Source of the DNA: Paramoeba atlantica
Lineage: Eukaryota > Protista > Discosea
Reading direction: 5' to 3'
DNA length: 64,000 bases
Assembly: GCA_977017575.1 (NCBI GenBank)
Contig: CDRNVI010000167.1
Span: forward strand, 96,963 to 160,962
Shown here: positions 12,740 to 23,749 of the stretch, piece by piece
Position numbering within the stretch: position 1 is the first letter of the stretch
Layout: the number at the start of each line of letters is the position of its first letter
Program-made: the position numbers and the translations under genes
The notes under the pieces: generated by a model
What the model was told of the DNA's origin: nothing
What the model saw: the letters and a program-made list of their open reading frames with translations, nothing else
Database searches by the model: none

Positions 12740-13363
12740 TGTGAGGAGGGGAGCAGGATCAACAGAGAAAACAAGAGAAAAGAAAGAGAAACAGAAACTC
12801 TGGATCAAAACCTTTATGGAAAAGATCCCCAGCCAACACAAACAGAACAAGAAAACAACAACAAAGAAATAGAAAAGCAAGAAGAAGAACAACAAAAGGA
12901 ATCACAACTGAGAAAAGCACAGAATCGCCAAAACTCAACTCAAATCAGAATCCCAAGTCTACACAGCAACCAAAAAAGGAAGAAAGCAACAAAAGATAAT
13001 GACAACAAAAGAAGAGAACAGAAAGCAAGCAAGGCAAGCCAAAAGATCATAGAGGAAAGCAAAGAGAGAGAGAGAGAGTGACAAGAAAGCAGAAAGAAAG
13101 CAAAAGGCAGCAAAGTGGCAAGAAAGGGGGGAAAAATGCAAACATGAAAACTGAATAAAAAGAGTGCTAAAAATCTCATGATTTTAGCTAAAATCATGAT
13201 AAAATGGTGTGCAGCTGTCTGTGAGGCTCAGGGCTCTCTGAAAGGATTAAAACTCATGATAAAAGGCATCAAGGAAGCTCAGGGAAGGTTCAGGGAGGCT
13301 CAAGGAACTGAAAAGGCACTGAAAGGCACAACTTCCCTGTTGGAAGCAGGTCTCACCCCAACA
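12740..13363 (-). repeat. 5' LTR of the non-autonomous element
   Basis: TG...CA termini; about 27 substitutions (manual count, nearly all transitions) and one 3-bp indel versus 8098-8718. Confidence 0.95.
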
Positions 13364-13385
13364 ATTCCTCATGGTGGTATTCCTG

Positions 13386-14010
13386 TGTGAGGAGGGGAGC
13401 AGGATCAACAGAGAAAACAAGAGAAAAGAAAGAGAAACAGAAACTCTGGATCAAAACCTTTATGGGAAAGATCCCCAGCCAACACAAACAGAACAAGAAA
13501 ACAACAACAAAGAAACAGAAAAGCAAGAAGAAGAACAACAAAAGGAATCACAACTGAGAAAAGCACAGAATCACCGAAACTCAACTCAAATCGGAATCCC
13601 AAGCCTACACAGCAACCAAAGAAGGAAGAAAGCAACAAAAGATGATGACAACAAAAGAAGAGAACAGAAAGCAAGCAAGGCAAGCCAAAAGATCACAAAG
13701 GAAAGCAAAGAGAGAGAGAGAGAGCGACAAGAAAGCAGAAAGAAAGCAGAAGGTGGCAAAGCAGCAAGAAAAGGGGGAAAAAACGCAAACGCGAAAACTG
13801 AATAAAAAGAGTGCTAAAAATCTCGTGATTTTGGCTAAAATCATGATAAAATGGTGCGCGGCTGTCTGTGAGGCTCAGGGCTCTCCGAAAGGACCAAAAC
13901 TCATGATAAAAGGCATCAAGGAAGCTCAGGGAAGGCTCAGGGAGGCTCAAGGAACTGAAAAGGCACTGAAAGGCACAACTTCCGTGTTGGAAGCAGGTCT
14001 CACCCCAACA
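13386..14010 (-). mobile_element. Solo LTR, family A (625 bp), TSD CCTG
   Basis: CCTG at 13382-13385 and 14011-14014; most CpGs retained. Confidence 0.96.
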
Positions 14011-15575
14011 CCTGTTCCCTTCTTTGTGAAAAAAAAAAAGGAAACTGTCATTGCAAGCGTGGTTCCCAATCCTCAACCTGTTGCTTTTCTTTACCCACAA
14101 GCTGTGAAAATCCCACCCTGTTCAAGAAGAGTTGTGAAATTAAAAGTTTCTGAAAAAAAGTCCAAAGATACAAATTACCAAGGTGAAAGTGATGGTTATG
14201 TTATGCCAGTCCATAGATATTGTTGAGATCTCGTACTCCAAGAGGGCCTAGTAAGAATCCTTGCTTTCGAGAAGTTTGATTGGACAATTCCAAGCCAATT
14301 GCTTGTGTTGTTTATTGTGAGAAAAGTGATTTTGACAACATCATAATTACTGAGATCCCAAACTCCAATCTTTTCCAAGAGTGCACCCCTAAGTCCATTG
14401 ATGATCTCAATGAGACTAGTTCCATTGATGATTTCAAGAATTTGAAGAGTGTAGTGGCAGAAGATGATGATGAAATGACTTTGGAAGATACCAATATTTT
14501 GAATGCAATTCTTGTCAAAAGAGCCACTACTGCCAGAGATAGGAGTGACAAGGGTGTCACAAAGGAAGAATTGAAAGATTTTCATGCTGATTTCCCAAAG
14601 ATCTTAAATGAATTCAAACTGGAGGGTTGTGTTTTGAAGCCTGACAAGTTGAAAAAGTTGATGCAAACCTTGATGGACTATGAAGATGTTTGGACTAAAC
14701 AAGAAAAACTCCAAAGAACAACCTTAGCTGAACACCCAATCGAGGTGGAACCTGGCACCCAACCAATCTGAGAAAGAGTGAGGAAGATGACTTTCACTCA
14801 AGACCAATTGATTCATGGCCATATTTTGGCTATGCACAAAAGAAATGTGATTGAACCCTCAAACTCTCCCTGATCAGCCCCAATCCACTTGGTTGATAAG
14901 AATGGAAAAATTTGATTTTGTATTGACTATCAACACCTCAACAAAGTCATCAAGAAAGATACCTATCCTTTGCCTAGTTTGAATGATATTTTGAACACCT
15001 TGGGGAATGCAAAATATTACTCAACTGTCAATCTGAGCTTTGCTTTCTGGTCCATTCCAATCAGTAAGGAAGATAGAGAGAAAACTGCTTTCATTTCGAA
15101 ATATGGTCTTTGGCAGTGGATCAGTATGCCTTTCAGTTTGACTAACACTCCTGCAACTCAACAAAGATTTATTGAGAAAGTCTTGGATGGAATGCTTTGG
15201 GATTGTTGTATGGTTTATGTTGATGACATTGTTATTTTCTCCCAAACAGAAGAAGAGTACATCGAAAAAATCAAACAATTGCTCCAGAGATTGCAAGATG
15301 CAGGCCTTACAGTGAATACTAAGAAATGTTCATTTGCTCAACCTGAATTTGAGATTCTTGGACACATCTGTTCTGGTGATGGTGTTTCTCCAAATCCTAA
15401 GAAGGTGTCTGCAATTCTTGATTACCCAATGTCAGAGGATCAACCTGCCTTGCACTGATTTTTGGGACTTGTTATCTGAGTTGCAAAATTTATTCAGAAT
15501 ACTTTATCAAAAACAATTAATCTCCAGAAGTTGTTGCATGGGAAAGAGCCTTTCAAGATGGAAGAAGATCACATT
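14011..15575 (+). pseudogene. pol: Gypsy-A post-protease region and reverse transcriptase
   Basis: DTYPLPSLNDIL, KTAF, MPFSLTNTPA, CMVYVDDIVIFS; stops and frameshifts. Confidence 0.93.
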
Positions 15576-15678
15576 AAAAAAAAAAAAAAAAAAATAGGAG
15601 GTTCAAGATACAATTGTCTGAATTTTCTATCTTTTGTTGTAGTGTGTATTCTTGTGGCTGGTTGCTACAGAAAATATT

Positions 15679-17684
15679 ATGGAAACCTCTTCACCCAGTG
15701 TAAAGGAAGGAGAGGGTTTTCCTGCCAGAAACACCTGGTCAGGACAAGCAGATAGTGAATCATTTGCTCAAGTTGTTAAAAAAAGTGAAAGAAAGAAAAG
15801 ACCTCTTGAATCCAAGGAAGGCTTTCCAGCCTCCAAAGGTCTCAGCGATGTGTTACACAAGATCGATCAAAACATTAGTTGTGTGTCTGAACCCAAAAAC
15901 TGTTATTGGAGCCAAGTCAAGATCAACAAAGTTAGTGGGATCACTGGATTTTAGACCAGGACTTTCCAACTTCAACAAGGTTATCAAAGTGATTGAAAAT
16001 GTGACTTCTCTAAAAGGAAAGATTTTTGTGAACATCAAGCAGGGCCATTTTGTGATCTCAGCACTTGAGAACATGGATGCTGCCAGTGTAGAAAAAGAGT
16101 TTTTGAACAAAGGTGATGAATTGGCAAAAAAACTCAAGAAATCTTTTGTCTGGAGGAACAATGAGGATGCAAAATTGTGGGGGCTCAAAATCAGGGTTCC
16201 CTTTGAAGCCAAGGGTGTGGAGTGGATCCAGAATCTTTTTGCTGGCCCAAATTCTCTTTTGAGACATAACTTGAAAGAAGTGGTTCAAATAGCCCAGAAT
16301 TGTATTGTTTTGGTTTACACCCAAATTCCCATTAACCTTGTCTGTCTCATTGCCCACACCAAGGGGTGGTTGGGGATTAGTTGAAGGAGTCCTCTCATCC
16401 TGTACCCCCCTTGGTAAAACTGGTGAGTCTATGGTGGTGGGCCCTGAGAGAATAGATCAAACTCCCCCCAAGTCACAAGCTTCTAAGCCTTCTGAAGGTC
16501 TCTCCCCCATTGGTGTTAAAAAAGATGGCTCAAATTTACCTGCACATAATTCTGGTGGCCAAGGGTTGGTGTTTTGTTCATTTAATGTTATTCCTGCTGA
16601 ACCTACCCCTCTGAAGGGCCCCCCTCCTGTGAAGAAGAGCCATGAAGCTGTACCCAACAACTTCAAAGTACCTTCTTCCACAACTAAGGGATCAGCTGTC
16701 CAAAGGAGTTCCTCTGTGGGTCCAGTTAAGCATGATGCTGCAGCTCTGATTAAGATGAGTTCGTTTTCTCCCATTGGGACCAAAACCTCTTCTAAAATTA
16801 AAACATTAAATGGGATCAGCAAACAAGTTAGTGGATTCTCAGTGCCTCACATATTACCAGCCCAGTGATCACAAGCTCAACCAAAAAAGAAGGGTACCCG
16901 AACATCAGTGAACACATGTTCCAACCCAGTAGTCTCTTCCTTTAAGTCTGTTTCTTCACAACCAAAAGAGACTGTGGACAAGTCAAGAAATTGTGCTGGT
17001 TCTGTGATCCAGAAGAAGGAGAACAGAAGAAGCCAACCTGTTTCTGGCCCTGCTTCTATCTTCATCAACAAAGAAGATTTACCAGTTGAAAATGGATTGG
17101 TGGAGGAACCTGACAATAGAAGGGAGGTGAAATCAATGTTAAAGAAATTGAACCTGAACATCAAATGGGCAAGCACAACTGAGGATTTTGGAAGAGTTTA
17201 TGAGGGGTTGGAGAATGACTCAATTTTCCTAAAGGATAGAAGATTAAGGTGTCAAGCTTTTTATTTGGTTGAGTACCTTGTGAAGACAGGATGCACTAAG
17301 AGGAAAAAGGGCAGATCAGAAGAGGTGATTAATGTTAGAGTAGGGTGGGAAAAAGGAAAGAATGAGAGTGAAGAGGAAAAAGGAAAAATATTGCAAAAAA
17401 AAAGAAGAATCACATAAGAAAAGGAGAGTGGGGAAAGAAAGTCAGTGAATTTTCCAAATGAGGAAGGGGTGGGTGTTGTTCATCCACTTATGGAAAAACC
17501 CAAGGAAAGAAGTGGTGGTGTCCAAGACAGTGTCCTCTTTTCTTTTTCGTTTGAAGAGTCAGATATGAGAGTGGAAGGAGAAGAGGAGGAAGAGGGGGAG
17601 GCTATGGAGATCAAAACAAACAAGGAGTTTGCCAGAACAACCCAAGCAAGGAGAGAGAGTGAGGGAGGGAAGTTAGTTGTTTAA
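15679..17684 (+). pseudogene. LINE-A ORF1 (frameshifted, end uncertain)
   Basis: ATG at 15679; SFAQVVK motif typical of non-LTR ORF1 N-termini; block FVWRNNEDAKLWGLKIRVP...IAHTKGW is homologous to LINE-B ORF1 at 30493-30921. Confidence 0.65.
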
Positions 17685-17999
17685 AAAAAAAACACACAAA
17701 AACACAAAAACACAAAAACACAAAAACAAAAAAAAAACAAACAAATGATGACTAAACTCAGGAAGAAGAAGAATAAGAAGAGAAAGGAAAAGGGATTGGT
17801 GGATATTAGAAGTAGCTTTGGTGTGGGCCCCCAGGTAGCTCCTCCCCCAACAACAAACTTACCTAATGTATCCCAGTCAGAGTGCCTCCCCCCAGGTTCT
17901 CCAAGTGAGCCTGGAGTTGACCCCTGTGATAGGTTCTCAGCTAATTTAAGTGAGAGTGATGAATGTAGGTTTCCTGATGTATGTGTTATTTCCTGAAAC

Positions 18000-20900
18000 A
18001 TGAATGGGATTCAAAATTTCAAAAAATTGAGAACCCTTCAGAAGATGGCTGGGAGTTGTCAGCCTCTCTTCATTTTGATTCAAGAATCTCACTCTGATTT
18101 TGAATATGACTTCGATCTCATCAGGAACCAATTGAGGAAGTATATCTGGTTGAGAGACAATTTCTCTGGAAAGAGGAGGGGTCTGCTCATTGGAGTTAGG
18201 TGGATGGAGGGGGTGAAAGAGATTTCTCCCTGTTTCTTTGACCAGACCATGAGTGGATTATTTGGTGTCCATGTGACTATTGGATTGACAAACTATTCTG
18301 TCCTGAATATATACTGTCACCCTGACCTCAAAGTAGCCACCATCTTGCAGGAGGCTGCTCAATTCTTCAGTCAGAACCCCAGGAGCATAAATATCTTTGG
18401 GGGTGATTTCAATTGGGATGTGAAGGAAAAACAGATGGGGGAAATTGAAAAGTGTTGTGCTTCTCTCTGTATGTCATGCTTGAAATGGGATGAACCCACC
18501 CATTATAAAGGGAAGTGTATCGACCATATCTTCTTCTTGTCCAAGGCTCCATTAAAACTTTTGTTTATCAATGCCATCCTGTCTGGCTTCAAAGATCATG
18601 CACTGCTGATTGGAGGATCCTTGTTTAAGGAATGGGAGATTCGGATGAATAAGAAATCCATCCCTGAGTATCTGATTAATGACCATGGGTTCATCAACAC
18701 TCTTATTAAGAGGATGGGTACCTTCTCCAAGGGTGATGATCCCAATGAGTATTTGACCAGATTTAAGACCACAGCTTGGGAATTAGTTCCCTACTGGAGA
18801 GAGAGAAACACTAAGGCAGCATTGTTTAGAGAACTGTGGAAGATCCAATCTCTTGTAAGATTCCTTTGCAATTCTCACATTCTTAGAAAATCTACTGTCC
18901 AGAGGCCATATTCTTCCCTTGAAATGGGTCTGTTGGACCAGGCCTCCCTTGGTTGGAAGGGTCTGAAGGAAGGGAAGTCATGGAGGAGAGGAATAATCCC
19001 TAGAATGATTTCTGCAGTGCTCAAGAAGATTGAATGTATTGAAGGACAGTTGGGGATCTTTATTGACAGTCACCCTGCAAGGCCTAAAGCGAGATCATCC
19101 CTAAGGGTTAAAGGAATTGTTGTGGATGGGGTTATTTCCAGAGATAATGGTGTGGTCCAGAAAGCAATTAAAGAATTTTGGGGGAATCTTTTGGGCTCAG
19201 TGAGGCCATACAATAAGGACTCTCTCCAGAAGTTGATTGAGAACCATAAACCTCAGTTTCCTAAGGTTGATTACCATGTTGTTGATGGGGCCAAGGTTGA
19301 TAAACTGCTGTGACAGTGCAATAATTCAAGTGCTGACCTAGATGGTATCCCCTTTGCTCTCTACAGAGTGACAAGTGAACAACTGTGTGATATGTGGTGT
19401 GAACTTATCCAGAGAGCTGGGGAATCAATGGATTTCTCTGAGTTGTTTGGGGAGAGTCAACTTGTGTTATTACCTAAGATTGAGAATATTCCTCATCTTG
19501 ACCAATTTTGACCAATAAGTATTACCAATTCTGATTACCAGATTGTGATGAGATATTGGGCCAAATGGCTGATGGAGAGTGCCAGAGAGGTGATTTCCCC
19601 TGAACAAAATGCTATATTTGCTGGAAGGTCCATTGATAATGCAGTGGAATTGATACATGATGGGTTTATGGAAGCAGTGGCAGAGGGCAAGAACATGACC
19701 ATCCTCCAAACTGATTTCTGTAAGGCCTATGACTATGTTACCTGTGAAGCCCTTATGGAGTTGCTGGTTGGGTTGAATGCTCCACCCCAAGCCCTTGAAG
19801 TTGTATCTAAAGTTCTGTGAGAGTCAGATACATGGCTTCCAACTGTAGGATCGAATGATAAGACACAGAAGGAAGCCATCAAGAGCCAGACTGGTGTGTG
19901 ACAAGGCTGCTCCATTTCACCTCTTTTGTTCATTATCTTTTTGATGTTTTGTTGGTTAGTTTGAACAATGGGGGTGACCTTGAGAAGCTTGCTGGGTTCA
20001 TGGATGACTTAGCCCTTCTCCTTCACAGGGTCCAATCCATAAATTCCTTGACTTCTATCTTCCAAGAATATGAACAAAGAACTGAAGTCAAACTCAACTA
20101 CAACAAATGTTTTGTATTGTCAACTGAAAAATTCTCTCCTGTGGGCCCTTGAGCTGAAATGTCTTCAGTTAATTATTTGGGAGAGGAGACTGTGTACTTG
20201 GGAGTTACAATTTCTTGAAGAATGAACCCAACTAAAGACTGGGAAGGAGTGATCAAGAAAATGCAGAAGGTTGGAACAGCAATTAAGCAAAAGAAAGGCA
20301 GCTTCAATGAGAGAGTCCAGATGATTAATACTTACCTTATTCCTTGTATGGGTTATTTGGCAAGATTCAAGCTTATCTCAAAAGCTATCTCCTCAAAGAT
20401 GTGGAAGGCCATTTGTTCAGCCTTAGGCGCATATGCAAATCTAAAGTCCTGTGTAATGACCTCCCTTTGTCCCCCTTTCTTTGAAAAACCTCAAGTTAGA
20501 CACCCTATTCTGTTTAACTGGGCTCTGCTGATATCAAGGAAACCTCTCCAAGATCATTATAGGAATCCATTGTCCATTGGGGCCATGAGGATTGATGCTT
20601 TGGAAGCTAGCAGTGCTATCTTAGAACAAGTGAGGATGGGCTCCAAAACCAAGAGATCCTTCTCTCTCCTCTCTCAGAACATTTCTGTGGGAGTGGAGAA
20701 TTTCTATGTGGGGGATGGGTGCTTGAAATGTGTGATCTATAATTTGTCTCTTCCACAAAGACCCCAGATTAAGTGAAACCTTCTGAAGTTCTTTTTGAGG
20801 GGTCTTCCAACTGTGGATAAGATTGCCCATTTTACATCTGTGAGTCCACTTTGTCAGCTGTGTAGGAAAGCCAAAGAGTTAAGGGTGCACCTCCTTGAAG

Positions 20901-21709
20901 GATGTCTGAAAGCTAAGGCAATTTTGAAAACTATTGGGAGGAGATGCTTTGTTTTAAAGATTCCTGGGTGGGAGAGTACTGACTTTGTATGTGGATTTAC
21001 AAACTAGTATCTAAAGAAGGCTGAAGCATCTGCAGTGAGTGCAGCCCTATTAGGCTTGTGGATCACTGTATGTGCTGAAGGTTTGAAGTCCCCAAGCTTT
21101 GCTGTTAAAATTTTTGATGAAATTGCTAAGACAAACAAGATGATCCCCAAACAAACTATAAGAAAGGCTCCCCCCAAAGGTAAAAGAGAAGTGAAACAAC
21201 CAAAGTTCAAGTACCCTGCCCTGCAAGTGTTTTATGATGGCTCTGGGCATGTAGATCCCCATATCAGGGGATCTGGGTATGTGATTATTAAGGAAGGTTT
21301 GAAGGTTGGAGGTGGATTTGAAACAATTCCACTAGGCTCAAATAATTTGGATGAGTTTTTGGGATGCTTAGCTGGTCTACAACAAGTTATTGGTTTTGGG
21401 CAATGTGTAGAGATGGTGGGAGATTGTAAAATTCTGACTGAGGCAGCACCTAAGACAAAACTGATTGATAACTTTGAGCTCAATGAGATCCTATCTGAGA
21501 TCAGAAATATTGTTGAGAGTAAATTTGCCAAAGTAGAGTACACTCAGGTGTATTACGAATTCAACAAGAGGTCAGATGTAATTGCAATGGCAGCAAGTCA
21601 CTTTGAAGAGGATGGGATGGAAGCTGTGTTTGATAGGAACTGGGATCCAAGATTGAAACAACTAGCAACAACCAGTGAGGAATGGATTATTGAGAATTCC
21701 AAGTTGTAG
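18000..21709 (+). pseudogene. LINE-A ORF2: APE endonuclease, RT, C-rich motif, C-terminal RNase H
   Basis: ILIQESH, GGDFN, IDHIF, FKDHALL (APE); QTDFCKAYD, GV*QG, FMDDL, YLGV (RT); CQLC...HLLEGC; FYDGS, SNNLDEF, GDCK, FNKRSDVIA (RNase H). Stops are mostly CGA>TGA; one frameshift near 19935. Confidence 0.93.
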
Positions 21710-21846
21710 ATGGAACTGTTGGATTTGGATTGGAGCTTCCCTGTGAAGAAAGTTCAGTTTAAGAGGAGGTTTAAGGACAAAGTGATTACAACTAATAATG
21801 TTTACTTCCCAGTACAAGCTGCACTGGGAAGGAAAAATCAGCCTCT

Positions 21847-22400
21847 TTACCTGGGTTGCAAAATTTATTCAGAATACTTCATCAAAAACAATTAATCTCC
21901 AGAAGTTGTTGCATGGAAAAGAGCCTTTCAAGATGGAAGAAGATCACATTGAGGAATTTGAATCTATCAAGAAAGCTTTAGCAGAACCTCCCATGTTAGC
22001 TTACCCTGAATTTGAGAAACCTTTCCATGTTTATGTTGATGCCAGCAAGAACGGTTTGAACACAATCCTTACTCAGTTGGATGAAAATGAGCATCACAGA
22101 GTGATTGCCTTTGCAAGTGCTCCCCTCAAAGTTGCACAGAAGAAGATGACAGCTTCTGTTTTGGAATGTATTGGTGTTGTTTGGGCTGTTACTTATTTCA
22201 GACAGTAGGTCCATGGGCACTCTTTCTATGTGAAAACAGACCATTTGGCTTTGGTGACAACATTTAAGACTCTTTTGACAAGTCAGACACTTGACAAATT
22301 AGCCACTCACCTGTTGGGTTATGATATGCACATTATACATGCTCTTGGAAGTAAAATGACTGGTCCTGATGCATTGAGTCGAGCCAATTATGTGAAATAT
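21847..22400 (+). pseudogene. pol: Gypsy-A RT connection and RNase H
   Basis: LAYPEFEKPFHVYVDASKNG, LECIGVVWAVTYFR, KTDHLAL, GPDALSRA. Confidence 0.92.
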
Positions 22401-23749
22401 GAAGGTGATCCTCCTGAATATTGTGGAAAGATTGGTGATTTGCTTCTTCAATTTCTGGGCCAAGGAATTGATGTGGATGAATGAGTTGGTAACCTCAGAG
22501 GAAAACTAAACCATACAGTTAACTCTATTGTGGAAAATCAGCCAATAACGGAATATGATTTGGTGGTAAGAACTTCAAGTGATGGAAGTTGTACAGAGTG
22601 GATATTTGAACCTGTCTCAGAGAAGAAAAGTGGTACGATGGTGAATGCAATTTCTGCAAAGAAACCAAGAAGAAAAAAGTCAATCCAGTCAGAAGAATTG
22701 AGAGATAAACCATTAGAAGAAACTCCTTGCTCCCCAGAACTTGTTGGGTCTTCTAAACCTGTTTATAGTAGTGAGAAAGATGATATTCAAAAACTTGGGG
22801 AAAGAAGTCTGTGCATTCAAGATTTGAGAGTAAAAGTTGGTCCTTGGGAACACAAGATTCAGAATTTAGGTGTTCAAAGGCCAACAACAAACCAAAAGTC
22901 CTCAGGTCAATCATACTCTGAACTCCAGATAATTGAGGATTCAAGTTCAACTGAATTGGGGATTATGAATGGCTCTTTAACTGGAGACCCTTTGTTTGAT
23001 CTAATGAAGGAGAATGAGATGAATCAAGGGTTTGACAGGAATCCTGCTTTGGGTGATGGAGACTGTATTTCAATCAATCCAGTTTCTGTTTTCTAAGCAC
23101 ATAAGGAATCCAATGTTGATGAGAACTCAAGGGAAGTTGAAATGGATGCTCAAGTCAATTGGAAATGTTCTGGGAAATGATATGAGATAGACAGAAGAGA
23201 ATTTGTGTTTGGCACAGCCCCTCTCCCAGGTTTGAGAGTGGAAGACAAAGTCCTGGGACTGGCAGTTCAAGAATCATTGTGTGATTTGAAAAAGAAAACC
23301 CATGTTGATGGTATGAAATGGTGTCCATCCAGTGGAGATGGATGTAGAAGTTTATTTGATGATGATAGCTATTCTATTGAGACAAGCAATAAGCCTGAGA
23401 GTGTCAATATTCATGATGTACAAACCCCTGCTGGTTTCAATTCTGAAAATTGTTCTTCTCAGTTGGTTAGTGGAGATCCTGATACTCAAAATCTTTATAA
23501 GAATCCTGATACTCACAAATTGTGCTGTGAATGTACAAATGTGTTGTCTGAGCCCTGCCAGCCTGTCCAAGAATCTTCCAAAACTGTGACTCACAGATTG
23601 AGAACTAGAAAACAGAAGGAGAGAGTGAAAAGTAAAGGAATGGAGATAAGTGAAGAAGAACAAGATTCAGAATCAGGAAAAAGAAAAGATTCAGAAGAGG
23701 AAAGTGAAACTAACAAACCATTAACAGATTACAAGAGCAAACACCCATC

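Larger units (their letters stand above)
8098..13363 (-). mobile_element. Complete non-autonomous family A LTR element (5266 bp), TSD ATTC
   Basis: Two LTRs sharing diagnostic variants (GATAATGAC, AGGTTCAGGG); ATTC at 8094-8097 and 13364-13367; PBS and PPT present; protease, RT, RNase H and integrase core absent. Confidence 0.95.
15576..21846 (+). mobile_element. Near full-length LINE family A (L1/Tx1-like; ORF1 plus APE-RT-RNase H ORF2)
   Basis: Inserted in Gypsy-A pol between 104-bp direct repeats (15472-15575 and 21847-21950); A19 run at the 5' junction; two-ORF layout. Confidence 0.92.
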
